Shown here piece by piece: positions 36,285-47,203 of a DNA stretch of 64,000 bases. The DNA is taken from positions 62,001 to 126,000 of the IMG/VR virus record IMGVR_UViG_3300023257_000007. One strand, 5' to 3'. Made by a program: the position numbers and the translations under genes. Position 1 is the first letter of the stretch; the number at the start of each line of letters is the position of its first letter. The notes beneath the pieces are model-generated. The model ran no database searches. It was not told the DNA's origin and saw only the letters and a list, made by a program, of their open reading frames with translations.

Positions 36285-39200
36285 TTATAAAAATCCACCG
36301 GATTCTATATCACCTTTTTTCAGAATTGTAATGTTATTAACAATTATACCCATTCCTTTAATGATTTCAATATATGTATCTAATACACCCATTTGAAGAT
36401 CAATTATGTAATTTGTATTATTTGTTATATCCATTACATTTTTGTAATCGTATAATGCATCTGAATCTTGTAATGATTTGCAAATCTCATCAGCTCTGAA
36501 CTTAATTTCAGCTCTAATTTCAGGAGTATTAAATCTCCATTGGTATCTTAGTAACATATCATATAACTGATTCTCTAGTTCAATTAACACTTCTCTTGAG
36601 TGAATAACACTTAGTGAACTGTAAGGGAATACTTGAGCAGTATTTTCAGAATTAATGCAGTAACCTGCATTTCTCTTATATGTTATTGGATTTGCACCCA
36701 TTTGGAACATGTTTTCTAAATCAGTATTACTGAAGTCCATTTCTGTTCCACCGATACCGTTAACTCTACCATTAGTTACACCAGCCATAATTGTCCAAGG
36801 TTGTAATCCTGGACCACCAGTAAACTTCTGCATATAAGTTGTAGCAGCGTATGATGAAGGTGGTACATATTTAGGTACACCATTATCACTTACTCTAACA
36901 TATGGGAAGAAATATCCAACACATGTTGCACCAACTCCACCAGCGAAGTCATATAAGTAAGGAGGACTAAGGTCTTCATTACCACCTTTCATTATGAAAT
37001 ATGTACTAACTGCACCTGTTTGTTCACCAGCAGCATCAACTTCCATGAAGTTAGGATTTACAGACTTTTTGAAGTCTCTAAGACTTGGCATATTTATGAA
37101 GCCTAAGCAGTTTAATTTTTCACCACATAAGTCAACTAATTGTTGTTTTGGAATGACATTAGATGAAACACCACCTACACTAACACTATAAGGAGCTAAA
37201 CCTAAACCAAATGAATCAACTAAATATCTCCATGTGATTTTATTTTTATTTACTAAAGCTTTAGATAAATTTGTTGTACTATCTAATACTGTTAAAATTG
37301 TATTTTGTCTAGCGTCAGTGCCATCAGGCATTGATAAACTACTAATCTTAAATGGTCTTATATCAATTCCTTTATATGTTGAAACGTAACTATCAATACT
37401 TGAATATTGAGTTGTCATCCAATCTGCTGTTGTTGCTGTAGCACTTGGTATGGCATCATTATCAGTTATCTTTATTGAAGCATCTGTTTCAATTATTTTC
37501 AATGTACTATCACTAGGATCTACTGTTGTATTTAAAATTCTAGTTAACCTTTTAGGTACTCTACCATTTGAATATAAACCAGTACTTGAATTATAAGTAG
37601 CATCTGGATCTGTAGGATCAGTTGTTGGAATATAAGCTTCTAACATATCACCACGTTTTAGTTCAGCATATCTTGTTCTATCTACTTTAATAGTTAAAAC
37701 ATTTGCTGGATAATTACTAGTAACAAAACTTTCAATTTCTACTGTTTGTCTATAACTTCCAATATCTGATACAACTGATAAAGCATAAGCATATATTGTA
37801 CTCCAATTATAAACTGGATCTGGATCACTTGAACCAGCAGAACTTGCATTTTCTACGAAATCAACTGTTAAGTTATCAGATGAATCAATCCACATCTTAA
37901 GATAAATCTTATTAGTCGAAGCATTTGCATCTACAAAGTAATCATCGTTAGCTATTTCACCGCTATAGAAATCTAAATACATTGTTGAGTATTTAGCTAC
38001 GACACCTGCTGCATTCTCACCTGTTATACCAGAAGTACTTAAAGTTTCAAGTGGTGCGTCTATTGTAATCATTCTATCTGTGGAATTTGTAGCGTGCATT
38101 ACGAACTCGTCATCTGTATAGAATATTAATATCTCACTACCATTATAAAATTCGGCAGGATTTGTAATATTTGTTAATGTTATTGTATAAGGATCATCAG
38201 TTATCACGTAATTTGTACTAATTTGATGTTTGTATCCTGTTCCACTATTAATAATAACTGCTTTATTATTTGCTAGAGTAGTTGATAATTCATCATGATA
38301 TTGTAATTCTCTTACTGAATTATAACTTGTTCCTGTCGCATTAGGGAATGTTAATGTTAATGTGCTATTTGGAGTACTATGTTCGATAGTTAATCCCATT
38401 GTTTGATAAACATTACTTAAAACTATTGGATTATAAGTTGATGTTGTGGTACCACTAACATATAGAAGTTCTACATATCCTAAAACAATAGCAGAAGTGT
38501 TACTAAATGTTGGTTGTGCAAGAGCACCTGGTGTGCTTTCTGTACCTTCATATGTTAATATATCTTCTGAACCTTTCAACATATAAACTACATCAACTCT
38601 ACCTACTGTAGAACCTGTAGTAACCAATGTTAATGGCTCGAATTGAACTGTTGTTGTACCCGTGTCTAATGTTTGTTTTGTGTCTGCAACAAAATATGGA
38701 TCAGCACCAAATGAAAAGGCTTGATTATTTATTGTTGCTAAAACATCTGTTGTTATAGTTATTCCAGAAACTGCAGTTCCATTAGGATCTAATAATGTGA
38801 AATTATTAATACCAGGAGCAGAAACTGAAGGATATACTACTGTATATTCTAAAGTAGAATCAACACCAGTGAATGATTTATTGAATGTTATGGTTGCACC
38901 ATTTATACTTGTGATAGCACTTACTACTGTAGAAGATGCCAATGTATCACCACTTACAATACTCGTAATGTAAAGATTTTCAAATGATGTATCACCTGTG
39001 ACAACATCATTAACATACCAGTTTGTGAATCCACCTGTTGTTCTACCGTAACTAGCATTCCATGCAGCTGTTAAATCTGCATCATAATTAGCAAAAACGT
39101 TTGATTCTGCATCTAAGAACTTATTAGCCAATGATACAGTTTCTGTAACTGATTGGTTATATGACATAAAATTAATACTATCTAATTGAGTACCAACTAA

Positions 39201-40163
39201 TCCGTCACCAATTATATCAATTTTACCGTTTGGATAATCTGCACTCATTAATAAATCTTCATTATATGAGCAGAAAATACCTGTTTTATCTGTGTCTGCA
39301 TTAATATTACTCTTAATGTAAAGATCTCTATTATTTAAATCTCTAAAGTAAGGTAATAGTGATGTATCATAATATCCTAATATTGTTATGTTAGTTTCAG
39401 ATATGAAATCACTAACTGTTCCTTTAATTAAACCTGTAGTATCAAAATAAGAACTCCATGTTGTATCAACTGATAATGAATTATAATCTGTCCAATCACC
39501 TTCAACTATAATAACTGTAACTAAATAATCTGAAATCCAGTCAGTTGGATTAATATAAGTAGGAACTTTAGTTCTACCACCATACCACCATTCGGCAGTA
39601 ACATCAAATCCTGTTAAACTTGATTTAAACATAAATACTGTAACAGCCTTGTTGTTAAGGTTTGTAAAATTAAGTAATCTATCATCTGACCATGTTGTTA
39701 GACTCTTAAGATAATCTTGGAATGCAATATCATCTCTTTCCCAGAAATCTTGTCTATTGAATATCTTACTATATGGTATAGTAACTTTTGTACCTTGTGA
39801 AGTTGGATAGTTTGCATATTGAGATGCAACTGACATTGAATCATATTCAATTAGATCTCTCGTATCATTAGTTGACAGTAAATTAAGTGCCCAAATCGGA
39901 CCACTCTGTAACATTTTTAAACATGTTCTGTGGAAATAAGAACCTTTGTTTTCTAATTGTCTATCTAAATCACCGAACACAGTTGCAAACGTAGTTGGAT
40001 TGTCTATATAAACTGGCTTATTGATAGGCCCTTTCTTTGAAAAACCTGGTACTAGATTTATAAGAATATCTTGTACTGGTAACTCAATAGGTGACTGATT
40101 TATTTCTTCTATGAAAATGTCAGGTCTTTTATATTTTCCTAAATCTTTTTGTTGAATTGGCAT
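36285..40163 (-). CDS. Contractile tail sheath protein (gp18-like), enlarged to 1292 aa
   Basis: N-terminal RPDIFIEE..VPGFSKKGP.NKP; C-terminal WTIMAGVTNGR, ANPI, HSREVL..LE, YQWRFNT..R; TATATA at 40186-40191. Confidence 0.9.
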   Translation of the reverse strand: MPIQQKDLGKYKRPDIFIEEINQSPIELPVQDILINLVPGFSKKGPINKPVYIDNPTTFATVFGDLDRQLENKGSYFHRTCLKMLQSGPIWALNLLSTNDTRDLIEYDSMSVASQYANYPTSQGTKVTIPYSKIFNRQDFWERDDIAFQDYLKSLTTWSDDRLLNFTNLNNKAVTVFMFKSSLTGFDVTAEWWYGGRTKVPTYINPTDWISDYLVTVIIVEGDWTDYNSLSVDTTWSSYFDTTGLIKGTVSDFISETNITILGYYDTSLLPYFRDLNNRDLYIKSNINADTDKTGIFCSYNEDLLMSADYPNGKIDIIGDGLVGTQLDSINFMSYNQSVTETVSLANKFLDAESNVFANYDADLTAAWNASYGRTTGGFTNWYVNDVVTGDTSFENLYITSIVSGDTLASSTVVSAITSINGATITFNKSFTGVDSTLEYTVVYPSVSAPGINNFTLLDPNGTAVSGITITTDVLATINNQAFSFGADPYFVADTKQTLDTGTTTVQFEPLTLVTTGSTVGRVDVVYMLKGSEDILTYEGTESTPGALAQPTFSNTSAIVLGYVELLYVSGTTTSTYNPIVLSNVYQTMGLTIEHSTPNSTLTLTFPNATGTSYNSVRELQYHDELSTTLANNKAVIINSGTGYKHQISTNYVITDDPYTITLTNITNPAEFYNGSEILIFYTDDEFVMHATNSTDRMITIDAPLETLSTSGITGENAAGVVAKYSTMYLDFYSGEIANDDYFVDANASTNKIYLKMWIDSSDNLTVDFVENASSAGSSDPDPVYNWSTIYAYALSVVSDIGSYRQTVEIESFVTSNYPANVLTIKVDRTRYAELKRGDMLEAYIPTTDPTDPDATYNSSTGLYSNGRVPKRLTRILNTTVDPSDSTLKIIETDASIKITDNDAIPSATATTADWMTTQYSSIDSYVSTYKGIDIRPFKISSLSMPDGTDARQNTILTVLDSTTNLSKALVNKNKITWRYLVDSFGLGLAPYSVSVGGVSSNVIPKQQLVDLCGEKLNCLGFINMPSLRDFKKSVNPNFMEVDAAGEQTGAVSTYFIMKGGNEDLSPPYLYDFAGGVGATCVGYFFPYVRVSDNGVPKYVPPSSYAATTYMQKFTGGPGLQPWTIMAGVTNGRVNGIGGTEMDFSNTDLENMFQMGANPITYKRNAGYCINSENTAQVFPYSSLSVIHSREVLIELENQLYDMLLRYQWRFNTPEIRAEIKFRADEICKSLQDSDALYDYKNVMDITNNTNYIIDLQMGVLDTYIEIIKGMGIIVNNITILKKGDIESGGFL

Positions 40164-40185
40164 AGTTAATACTTTATTTTTTACC

Positions 40186-40191
40186 TATATA
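40186..40191. promoter_or_regulatory. TATATA late-promoter motif (representative copy)
   Basis: Also about 5-30 nt upstream of tube, hub, 1019-aa and many other genes (2386, 3813, 6141, 7929, 8764, 10698, 14225, 18073, 19581, 23963, 31511, 32432, 33687, 34447, 36220, 45500, 57019). Confidence 0.75.
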
Positions 40192-40306
40192 TTAAATATA
40201 TTTTTCGAATTATCTTCAACTATTATATATAAAGTTGAAAATGTAACAAATTTCGTAAAATAAAATAGGTAGGATTTTCATTACCATCCGTATTTTTAAT
40301 TATATA

Positions 40307-41497
40307 TTAAATTAAATTTCTCAAATGATAATTGAAAACTAACTTAACCTCTTCTGAATATTTTTTTGGATATACTACAGAATCATGAATAGTAAAGATC
40401 TTAATGTGTGGATATTTCTTTGCAATATCGCTCACAACCTTACCATAAATAAAATCACTTTCCATTCTCTGCAATTTATGACTCAACGATTTATAAGTAT
40501 CGTCTAAACTTTTTAATTCTTTTATATACTCTAAAACACTCGGGTATAATTCACCAAAAATGTTATTTTCTCTGTTTCCATTATTATTTCCAAATAAAAC
40601 CTTAAACATCATCAACTTAGCATCAGTCCTTGTTTTAAGTTCAAGTGGAAATCTTTCAGTAAATTCATCATATATTAAACCATTTTTAACAATATCAATA
40701 AATCTTATAACTTCTTCATTTAATTCATCTATCTCTTGTTTTAAATATAAACCAAAAAAGAAAGGTTGTGAATTTTTAATATCAACTTCATCAACAGGCT
40801 CACCATCAATCTTCAAAAATCTATTTCTAATTTCTTTTTTAAGTATCGTAAAATTAGTGTGCATTCTACCATAACCATCAAATTTAAAAAATATATTGCC
40901 TGTTTGTATTCCATCGACACTATTATGATTACGTAAATATTTACTATTCTCCATTTCACCATTTTCCCATAAATCATCAATATAATCTATCGACTTTTGA
41001 TAATCTATCTGTACATAATATAAATAATCAATTAATTTCTTTCTAATTTCAATATCTATTGGACTATTAACATAGGTTGTAAATGATCTCTCTAAATAAT
41101 CCTTTTGATATTTTTTCATTAAGATTTTATCATCAACCACACATTTAGTTATTTCTAAGTCTGTTATATTTAATTTATATGTTTTGGCTTTTTTTGAAAC
41201 ATAATAATTAGAGACCAAAGTCATAAATCTTTTTTCAATTAAATAATTAATATAATAATTATAATATTTTCCATATTTATTTCTTAATAATACAGACCAT
41301 AAATTAAATTTAACTTCATTAGTAAAAAAATATTTTATTACTAACTCATGAATTATATTTATTAAGTAATCTGTTTTTAAATTAATACCATTATATGGTA
41401 TCTTCTTTATTCCAGTTAAATATTCATATTCTTTTGGAATAAATTGATATAAATATTGTCTATCTTTTGGTAAAATTATATTTGTTTTATGGAACAT
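40307..41497 (-). CDS. Minimal family-A (PolA-fold) polymerase-like protein without exonuclease domains
   Basis: YGRMHT, VDIKNSQP (motif A), RTDAKLMMFKVLFG (motif B), HKLQRMESD, TIHDSV (motif C). Confidence 0.7.
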   Translation of the reverse strand: MFHKTNIILPKDRQYLYQFIPKEYEYLTGIKKIPYNGINLKTDYLINIIHELVIKYFFTNEVKFNLWSVLLRNKYGKYYNYYINYLIEKRFMTLVSNYYVSKKAKTYKLNITDLEITKCVVDDKILMKKYQKDYLERSFTTYVNSPIDIEIRKKLIDYLYYVQIDYQKSIDYIDDLWENGEMENSKYLRNHNSVDGIQTGNIFFKFDGYGRMHTNFTILKKEIRNRFLKIDGEPVDEVDIKNSQPFFFGLYLKQEIDELNEEVIRFIDIVKNGLIYDEFTERFPLELKTRTDAKLMMFKVLFGNNNGNRENNIFGELYPSVLEYIKELKSLDDTYKSLSHKLQRMESDFIYGKVVSDIAKKYPHIKIFTIHDSVVYPKKYSEEVKLVFNYHLRNLI

Positions 41498-41606
41498 TAA
41501 TGAAATTATTTTTTCTTTTGAATTTAAATTATTATTTTAGAAAAGTTTATGGTTAAATTCTTAAGATGCATCAAAAGCTATTTCCACATGAAACGAAGAT
41601 TTGGTG

Positions 41607-41614
41607 CAAAATTA
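41607..41614 (-). promoter_or_regulatory. Possible Bacteroidota-type -7 promoter element TAnnTTTG
   Basis: TAATTTTG in an intergenic region upstream of the PolA-like gene; short motif in AT-rich DNA. Confidence 0.35.
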
Positions 41615-41692
41615 TGATAGTATTCTAATTAATTAATTTTTTTCTTTAAGAAAATTTTCTTATTTTAGAAGAACATTAAAACGAAAAAAATT

Positions 41693-42283
41693 ATGGATGA
41701 AAATATAAAAAAATCATTAGAATCTTTAAGTAAATCTATTTGTTCAAAACTTGTAGATAAAAATATAAATTTAGATGAATTAATTTCTAATCATTTATCA
41801 ACTATTAAATTGCTTTATCCTGATGTTGAAAATTTAGAAAAAATATTTACTGATATTGTTCTTAAAGAATCAAAAAAGTATTATGAATCAAAGAAATTTA
41901 AAGTAAGATGTATAAAAACACATAATACATTTTCACATAAATATAATAGAGGTTCAATTTATACTGTAATTGATGAATTTAAACAAGTTGGTATACATAA
42001 TAATGATGATGAAGAACATTATTATAAAATTAAAGATGATAATAATAAAATTGTATTAGTTGAGCCAAATCATTTTATTAAAATTGAAGATGAAGAAAGT
42101 TTAGCAGATATGAAAATAGAATATGTAGATGATGAATTAATAATTTCTACTTATGATGGACAAGCATTAAAAATAGAAAGAAAAAATATTGATATTTTTT
42201 TAAGAGAATTACATAAATATTCTTCATCGTATATTAAAAATGATAAATTAGAAAAAACTTTAATATTTTTTGAAAGTAAATAA
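41693..42283 (+). CDS. Hypothetical protein
   Basis: 196-aa ORF. Confidence 0.7.
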   Translation: MDENIKKSLESLSKSICSKLVDKNINLDELISNHLSTIKLLYPDVENLEKIFTDIVLKESKKYYESKKFKVRCIKTHNTFSHKYNRGSIYTVIDEFKQVGIHNNDDEEHYYKIKDDNNKIVLVEPNHFIKIEDEESLADMKIEYVDDELIISTYDGQALKIERKNIDIFLRELHKYSSSYIKNDKLEKTLIFFESK

Positions 42284-42327
42284 AGACAACAAATTAAAAA
42301 TAAATAAATTAAATAAATTAAATTACT

Positions 42328-42846
42328 ATGAGAAACAGAACAAAATACAAAAACATTTTTATTGCTTTAGGAATAATTTTAATAATTGTTGCTGCTATAG
42401 CTGCATTTCAATTTTCATCGTCAAATTCGGTTATTACTGATAATAAAACACTAGAATCAAAAAACAAAAAATATGTAAAATTATTAACAAATAATAAAAA
42501 ACTTGTTGAATCGAAAGATTCAACAATAATTTCCCTGAAACAGAAATATAACAAATTAAATACATCATTTGTAGATTCATTAGAAAATTTAGAAACAAAA
42601 TATGCATCAAGGACAATTAAAAATAATCTTAATTTAAATTCAACTTATTGGTATGTATATTTCGAAACATCTAAAATTAGAGGATATGATATAATTAAAT
42701 TAAAATCTGATTGGAATTTAAATGAAGCATTTGAAAAAATTAAAAAATCATCAGAATTAAAAGACGACGATTTTATCGGAATCCAAAGTAGATGGCAAAC
42801 TTCTGAGTGGGATTATATAAAATATTATAAAAAATTAGAAGAATAA
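42328..42846 (+). CDS. Membrane-anchored hypothetical protein
   Basis: N-terminal TM IFIALGIILIIVAAIAAF followed by coiled-coil. Confidence 0.72.
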   Translation: MRNRTKYKNIFIALGIILIIVAAIAAFQFSSSNSVITDNKTLESKNKKYVKLLTNNKKLVESKDSTIISLKQKYNKLNTSFVDSLENLETKYASRTIKNNLNLNSTYWYVYFETSKIRGYDIIKLKSDWNLNEAFEKIKKSSELKDDDFIGIQSRWQTSEWDYIKYYKKLEE

Positions 42847-43499
42847 TGAAATCGTACCCACATCTATATTACTGGAATAAAGGCATAATGGGAGAACCTA
42901 TTTATGCCTTTAATAAATTTGATGGCTCAAATATTAGAGCCGAATGGTCAAGAAAATTAAGTAAAAAAACTAATTTCACTAATGGTTTTGGTAAATTTGG
43001 CACAAGAAAACAATTAATTAACCACGTCAATGAACAATTTGGAGAGTCCGTTGATATCTTTATGGATAAATATTCAGAAGATTTAGATAAAATTTTCAGG
43101 GAAGATAAACAATTTAGAAATATGAGAACAATGACTGTTTTCATGGAATATTTTGGTGAAAATTCATTTGCTGGATTTCATGAACCTAGTGATGAAAAAG
43201 ATGTTGTAATATTTGATGTAATGCAATTTCAAAAAGGCTGGGTTAAACCAAAAGATTTTGTTAATACTTTTGGACATTTACATATACCAGAAATAGTTTA
43301 TCAAGGTAATTTGAATATGGAGTTTGTAAACAAAGTTAAAGAAGATTATTACAAACTTGATGAAGGTGTTGTAATAAAAGGTATAAGAAAAACTAAAGGT
43401 CAAGATATTGTTTGGATTGTAAAATGTAAAACAAATAAATGGATTCAAAAAGTTAAAGGAAAATATGGACAAACAGCCATAGACAAAGAATTTAACTGA
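42846..43499 (+). CDS. RNA ligase-like nucleotidyltransferase (Rnl2-type adenylation domain)
   Basis: Motif I KFDGSN, MEYFG, IFDV, EGVVIK, VKCKT. Confidence 0.78.
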   Translation: MKSYPHLYYWNKGIMGEPIYAFNKFDGSNIRAEWSRKLSKKTNFTNGFGKFGTRKQLINHVNEQFGESVDIFMDKYSEDLDKIFREDKQFRNMRTMTVFMEYFGENSFAGFHEPSDEKDVVIFDVMQFQKGWVKPKDFVNTFGHLHIPEIVYQGNLNMEFVNKVKEDYYKLDEGVVIKGIRKTKGQDIVWIVKCKTNKWIQKVKGKYGQTAIDKEFN

Positions 43500-43650
43500 G
43501 GGAGGCGAAGCCGTATTAAAAAAAGATATTTCGAAGGTGATACAAGTCTATTATAAAATATCCATTGATAAACCGTTAACAATATAAGAAGTTTCTGAAT
43601 TCAAATCTTTTAAGATTGATGTCTGTGAATTGTTCAAAGGTTTTCATATA

Positions 43651-44022
43651 TTATCCAGCTCTACCAGGTTTGTGAAGAGTAGTGAAACGTTTCCATTGAC
43701 TTATGAAATCAGGTTTACTATTAGTTTTAGCTATTTCCGATTCTTTCTTGTTCTTTTCTCTTTCTCTTCTATTTCTCTCAATGGTTGATTTAGTATCAGA
43801 TTTTTCTTTTTTATCAATTTTTTCATCTTCTTCATCAAGTAAATCTATATCATCTTCATGAAGATCAACTACACCAGCATCACTAACTGTATCTTTACTA
43901 GGAGCACCAGTTTGACCTGCACCAAACCAATTAGAATTACCATCTAATCTATTATTTGCAGTATTAGATTGATCTAATGGAACATTATGTTGCCATTCTA
44001 AATAAAATTTTAAATGTTTCAA
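43651..44022 (-). CDS. Hypothetical protein (MKHLKFYLEW N-terminus)
   Basis: 123 aa; TATATA at about 44042. Confidence 0.7.
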   Translation of the reverse strand: MKHLKFYLEWQHNVPLDQSNTANNRLDGNSNWFGAGQTGAPSKDTVSDAGVVDLHEDDIDLLDEEDEKIDKKEKSDTKSTIERNRREREKNKKESEIAKTNSKPDFISQWKRFTTLHKPGRAG

Positions 44023-44085
44023 AACTATTTTAATTTTAACTTATATATAAAAAACACACAAAGGAAATTTAAAAATTATTAATTT

Positions 44086-44310
44086 ATGAGTATATTTATT
44101 GTTACTTATTTAAGTAAATCAAAAAAACCTCAAACGAAAAAATTTACAACATCAGCTAATTCTAGTGATGATGCGTCTTTTAATTTTAGAAAATCTGGAA
44201 TTAAATATTTAAAAGTTTTCAACATTAAAGAATCAACATCAAACTGTTTAGGGAATATTTTTCCTGATTTACAAAATCTTAAAGATAAATTAGAAAATGA
44301 AGAAAATTAA
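44086..44310 (+). CDS. Small hypothetical protein
   Basis: 74-aa ORF overlapping the next gene. Confidence 0.6.
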   Translation: MSIFIVTYLSKSKKPQTKKFTTSANSSDDASFNFRKSGIKYLKVFNIKESTSNCLGNIFPDLQNLKDKLENEEN

Positions 44311-44590
44311 AATCAATTTTACATTAATAATAGCAATATTAAACACATTTGCTTTTATAATTAATCCACTATCTATTATAGGTCTAGTAAATTTATTTTT
44401 TGCAATTTACTTCATAAGAAGCGTTTATAAACATTATAGGAAAAAATATGTGGAAAAAATTACTATTAAAAAGAAAAAAGAAGAAGAATTTGTGAAAAAT
44501 TTTAGAAATTCAATAAAAAAACACAAAAAATTCGAAAAAGAATATGATTATATCAAAATTGATAAATCACCCGTTGAATTTAGAAATTAA
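44297..44590 (+). CDS. Small membrane protein (two TM segments)
   Basis: Hydrophobic N-terminal hairpin, basic tail. Confidence 0.65.
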   Translation: MKKIKINFTLIIAILNTFAFIINPLSIIGLVNLFFAIYFIRSVYKHYRKKYVEKITIKKKKEEEFVKNFRNSIKKHKKFEKEYDYIKIDKSPVEFRN

Positions 44591-45493
44591 TTTAGTAACT
44601 AATTTACTTCCTGAATTTGTCAAACTAAATAACTTATTATCATTTTGATCTATTAATCCACGGTGATATAATTCAATTATATTATTAACTAATTCTTTAA
44701 AATCTAATTTATGTAAATATAAATCATTTTTTAAAAATGATATTTTTCTAGGTTTAATATATAGTTTATATAATATTGCAAATTCTAATTTTGTCACCTT
44801 ATTTGAACTATACACAAATCTTTCATATAGAAATTCTACATGAAATTCTTCATTATTTCTAAATATTTTCATTATTAAATTGTCGAATTTATTTTTAATC
44901 TTATTAAAAATATCAGTTCCATAATATTTTAAACCAACTAAAGTAGCACCAACTCCAGTTAAGGTTACAGATTTTAAAAATTCTACTAAATTTATATCAT
45001 TTATATTTACATCTACTAAAACACTAATAAAAGGTACTAATAAAATAGAATAAATAAATAAATCTCTTATTCCTTTTATAACTTTACCAAAATTACTAGC
45101 TAATATAGAAAATAATTTTTTTACATTTTTTATAACATCAATAATCATTTTTAACAATTCATCTAAGCCTTTTTCATTAATAATTAATTTTGCTTTATGA
45201 ATAGAATTTTTATTTTCTTTTAATAAAATTGCTAAAGCTGTTATTGTTAATAAAATAATATCAAAAACTCTTAATTCATATCCTGTATTCTTAATAATAC
45301 TCTCAATAAAAGGGTAAAAAGCAGTAACGGATGTACCAAAAGTGGCTATGAAATAATAATTTAAACCTATTTCTTTAATTACATTTTTTTGTTCTTTTTG
45401 CCAAGTTGAAATTTCTCTTTTTTCAAATAATTTATACAGAATCTCACTTTCATTATCTTCATTATAACTTTTATAAGAATTAATATGTTTCAT
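44567..45493 (-). CDS. Hypothetical membrane-associated protein (MKHINSYKSYNE N-terminus)
   Basis: Several hydrophobic segments; TATATA at 45500-45505. Confidence 0.7.
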   Translation of the reverse strand: MKHINSYKSYNEDNESEILYKLFEKREISTWQKEQKNVIKEIGLNYYFIATFGTSVTAFYPFIESIIKNTGYELRVFDIILLTITALAILLKENKNSIHKAKLIINEKGLDELLKMIIDVIKNVKKLFSILASNFGKVIKGIRDLFIYSILLVPFISVLVDVNINDINLVEFLKSVTLTGVGATLVGLKYYGTDIFNKIKNKFDNLIMKIFRNNEEFHVEFLYERFVYSSNKVTKLEFAILYKLYIKPRKISFLKNDLYLHKLDFKELVNNIIELYHRGLIDQNDNKLFSLTNSGSKLVTKLISKFNG

Positions 45494-45601
45494 AATATCT
45501 ATATATTATTTTTTTATTTATAAAAAATTTTCTATATTGAATTAGGAAAATAAAGAAAAAAGGAAAAATTCAACCTTATTTAAATTTAAAAATATAATTA
45601 G

Positions 45602-46456
45602 ATGGCAGAAAAATTCAATTTTACTAAAACATATGATAAAGATAATATTTTTAACACATTAAACAATTTAAAAATATATCAACAAGGCAACTATATTATC
45701 ACCAATTATAAAGGTAGACCTATCAGTGAAACAAAGGTGACAAATAAATATCAAATTTTTGACTTTTCTTCATTTGCAAAAGAAATTGTTGGGGAAGTTG
45801 AAAATTATTTTACCCCAGAAACATATAAACTAAGAATAAGAAAAGGTATTCAAGAACTCAGATTAATTGGCGAAGAAGTTTATATAAACGGTGAACAATA
45901 TCATAAAATGTTAAATATTTTAAACTCAACAGATAAATCAAGAGCATTACAATTAAATATTGGTCTTATTAGATTTATTTGTACAAATGGTGTAATTGCG
46001 GCAGTTGAAGACGAATATACAGGTTTTAAAAATAAACACTATAAATCATCATTGCCTGGTGCTGTTGAAGATTTTATGAAAAACCTTAACAAATTCAATA
46101 TTATACTTGATAAACAATCAACTATAATTGAAAGTTTATCAACAAATATAATTTCATTACAAGAATTAGCTGCAAAGTTAACTTTAGATGAACATGGTGT
46201 TATCAAAGAAAACAGACTTCTTAAATTGAAATCTTTTACTAAAAAATTATTAACTTCAAAAACAGATAAATTAAATATTAAACTGTTAAACGAAGAACAA
46301 ATTAAACTATTAAATTATCCTGAAATATTTCAATCTACGAAAGTTGATATCGAAATACCAGCTTATCAAGCGTTTAATAACTATACAGAATTATTCAGAG
46401 AATATGATAGTTCAGTAATTAAAAGAGAAACAAATAGAATATTAGAATTAGTATAA
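45602..46456 (+). CDS. DUF932-like protein
   Basis: LNSTDKS.AL...GLIRFICTNG, KH signature. Confidence 0.65.
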   Translation: MAEKFNFTKTYDKDNIFNTLNNLKIYQQGNYIITNYKGRPISETKVTNKYQIFDFSSFAKEIVGEVENYFTPETYKLRIRKGIQELRLIGEEVYINGEQYHKMLNILNSTDKSRALQLNIGLIRFICTNGVIAAVEDEYTGFKNKHYKSSLPGAVEDFMKNLNKFNIILDKQSTIIESLSTNIISLQELAAKLTLDEHGVIKENRLLKLKSFTKKLLTSKTDKLNIKLLNEEQIKLLNYPEIFQSTKVDIEIPAYQAFNNYTELFREYDSSVIKRETNRILELV

Positions 46457-46597
46457 AGAATTTTTGAAAAAATTTGTATTATTTTCAACTTTTAAATATA
46501 TTTATAATATATAATAGAATGTTTTTTAACAAAAAAGAATTATAAAAAATATCATTAATTTTGTTATTGGCATTGTAACTAAAAAACAAAAAGTTTT

Positions 46598-47194
46598 ATG
46601 GGAAAAAATAAACATGAAGTCAAATTCAAAGAAGCAACTGGACAAGAATTTTCTAAATTTTATCAAGATCAAATGCCTAGATTAACTTGGCATCTTTCAA
46701 ATTATACAAAAGATTTTGAAGTAGCAGAAGATTTTGCAAATGACGCATTTGAACAAGCCTTAAAAAAAATTGAAACTTATGATAAAAATAAGTCTCAAAT
46801 TCAAACTTGGTTATACACAATTGCTAGACACATTGTTATTCAATCTTGGAATAAAAAGCAAAAAATGCCATCCGTCTCAATTGATAAAGAATATGACGTA
46901 AACCTTTCATTAAGTACTTTTTTACCTTATGAAGATGGAAAAGAAGATTTAGAAAAGTATAATACTTATGTTGAAAAGGCTAAGATTATAAAAGAAGTTA
47001 TTAAAAATCTTCCTCCTAAATACAAAGAAGTCATGGAATTAAGAGAATTAGATAATATGCAATATAAGGAAATTGCGAAGTATCTTAAGAGAAACGAATC
47101 TACTGTTAAATCTCAAATTCGAAAAGGACGTGAATTAATAAGAGATAAAGTGCAGAAAAAATTCGATTACATTGATAAACATGGACTGGAATAA
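46598..47194 (+). CDS. ECF-type sigma-70 family RNA polymerase sigma factor
   Basis: Region 2 AEDFANDAF..A..KI.TYD..TWLYTIARH; region 4 LPPKYKEVMELR..YKEIA.YL..ESTVKSQIRKGRELI. Confidence 0.92.
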   Translation: MGKNKHEVKFKEATGQEFSKFYQDQMPRLTWHLSNYTKDFEVAEDFANDAFEQALKKIETYDKNKSQIQTWLYTIARHIVIQSWNKKQKMPSVSIDKEYDVNLSLSTFLPYEDGKEDLEKYNTYVEKAKIIKEVIKNLPPKYKEVMELRELDNMQYKEIAKYLKRNESTVKSQIRKGRELIRDKVQKKFDYIDKHGLE

Positions 47195-47203
47195 CCCAAT
47201 ATT

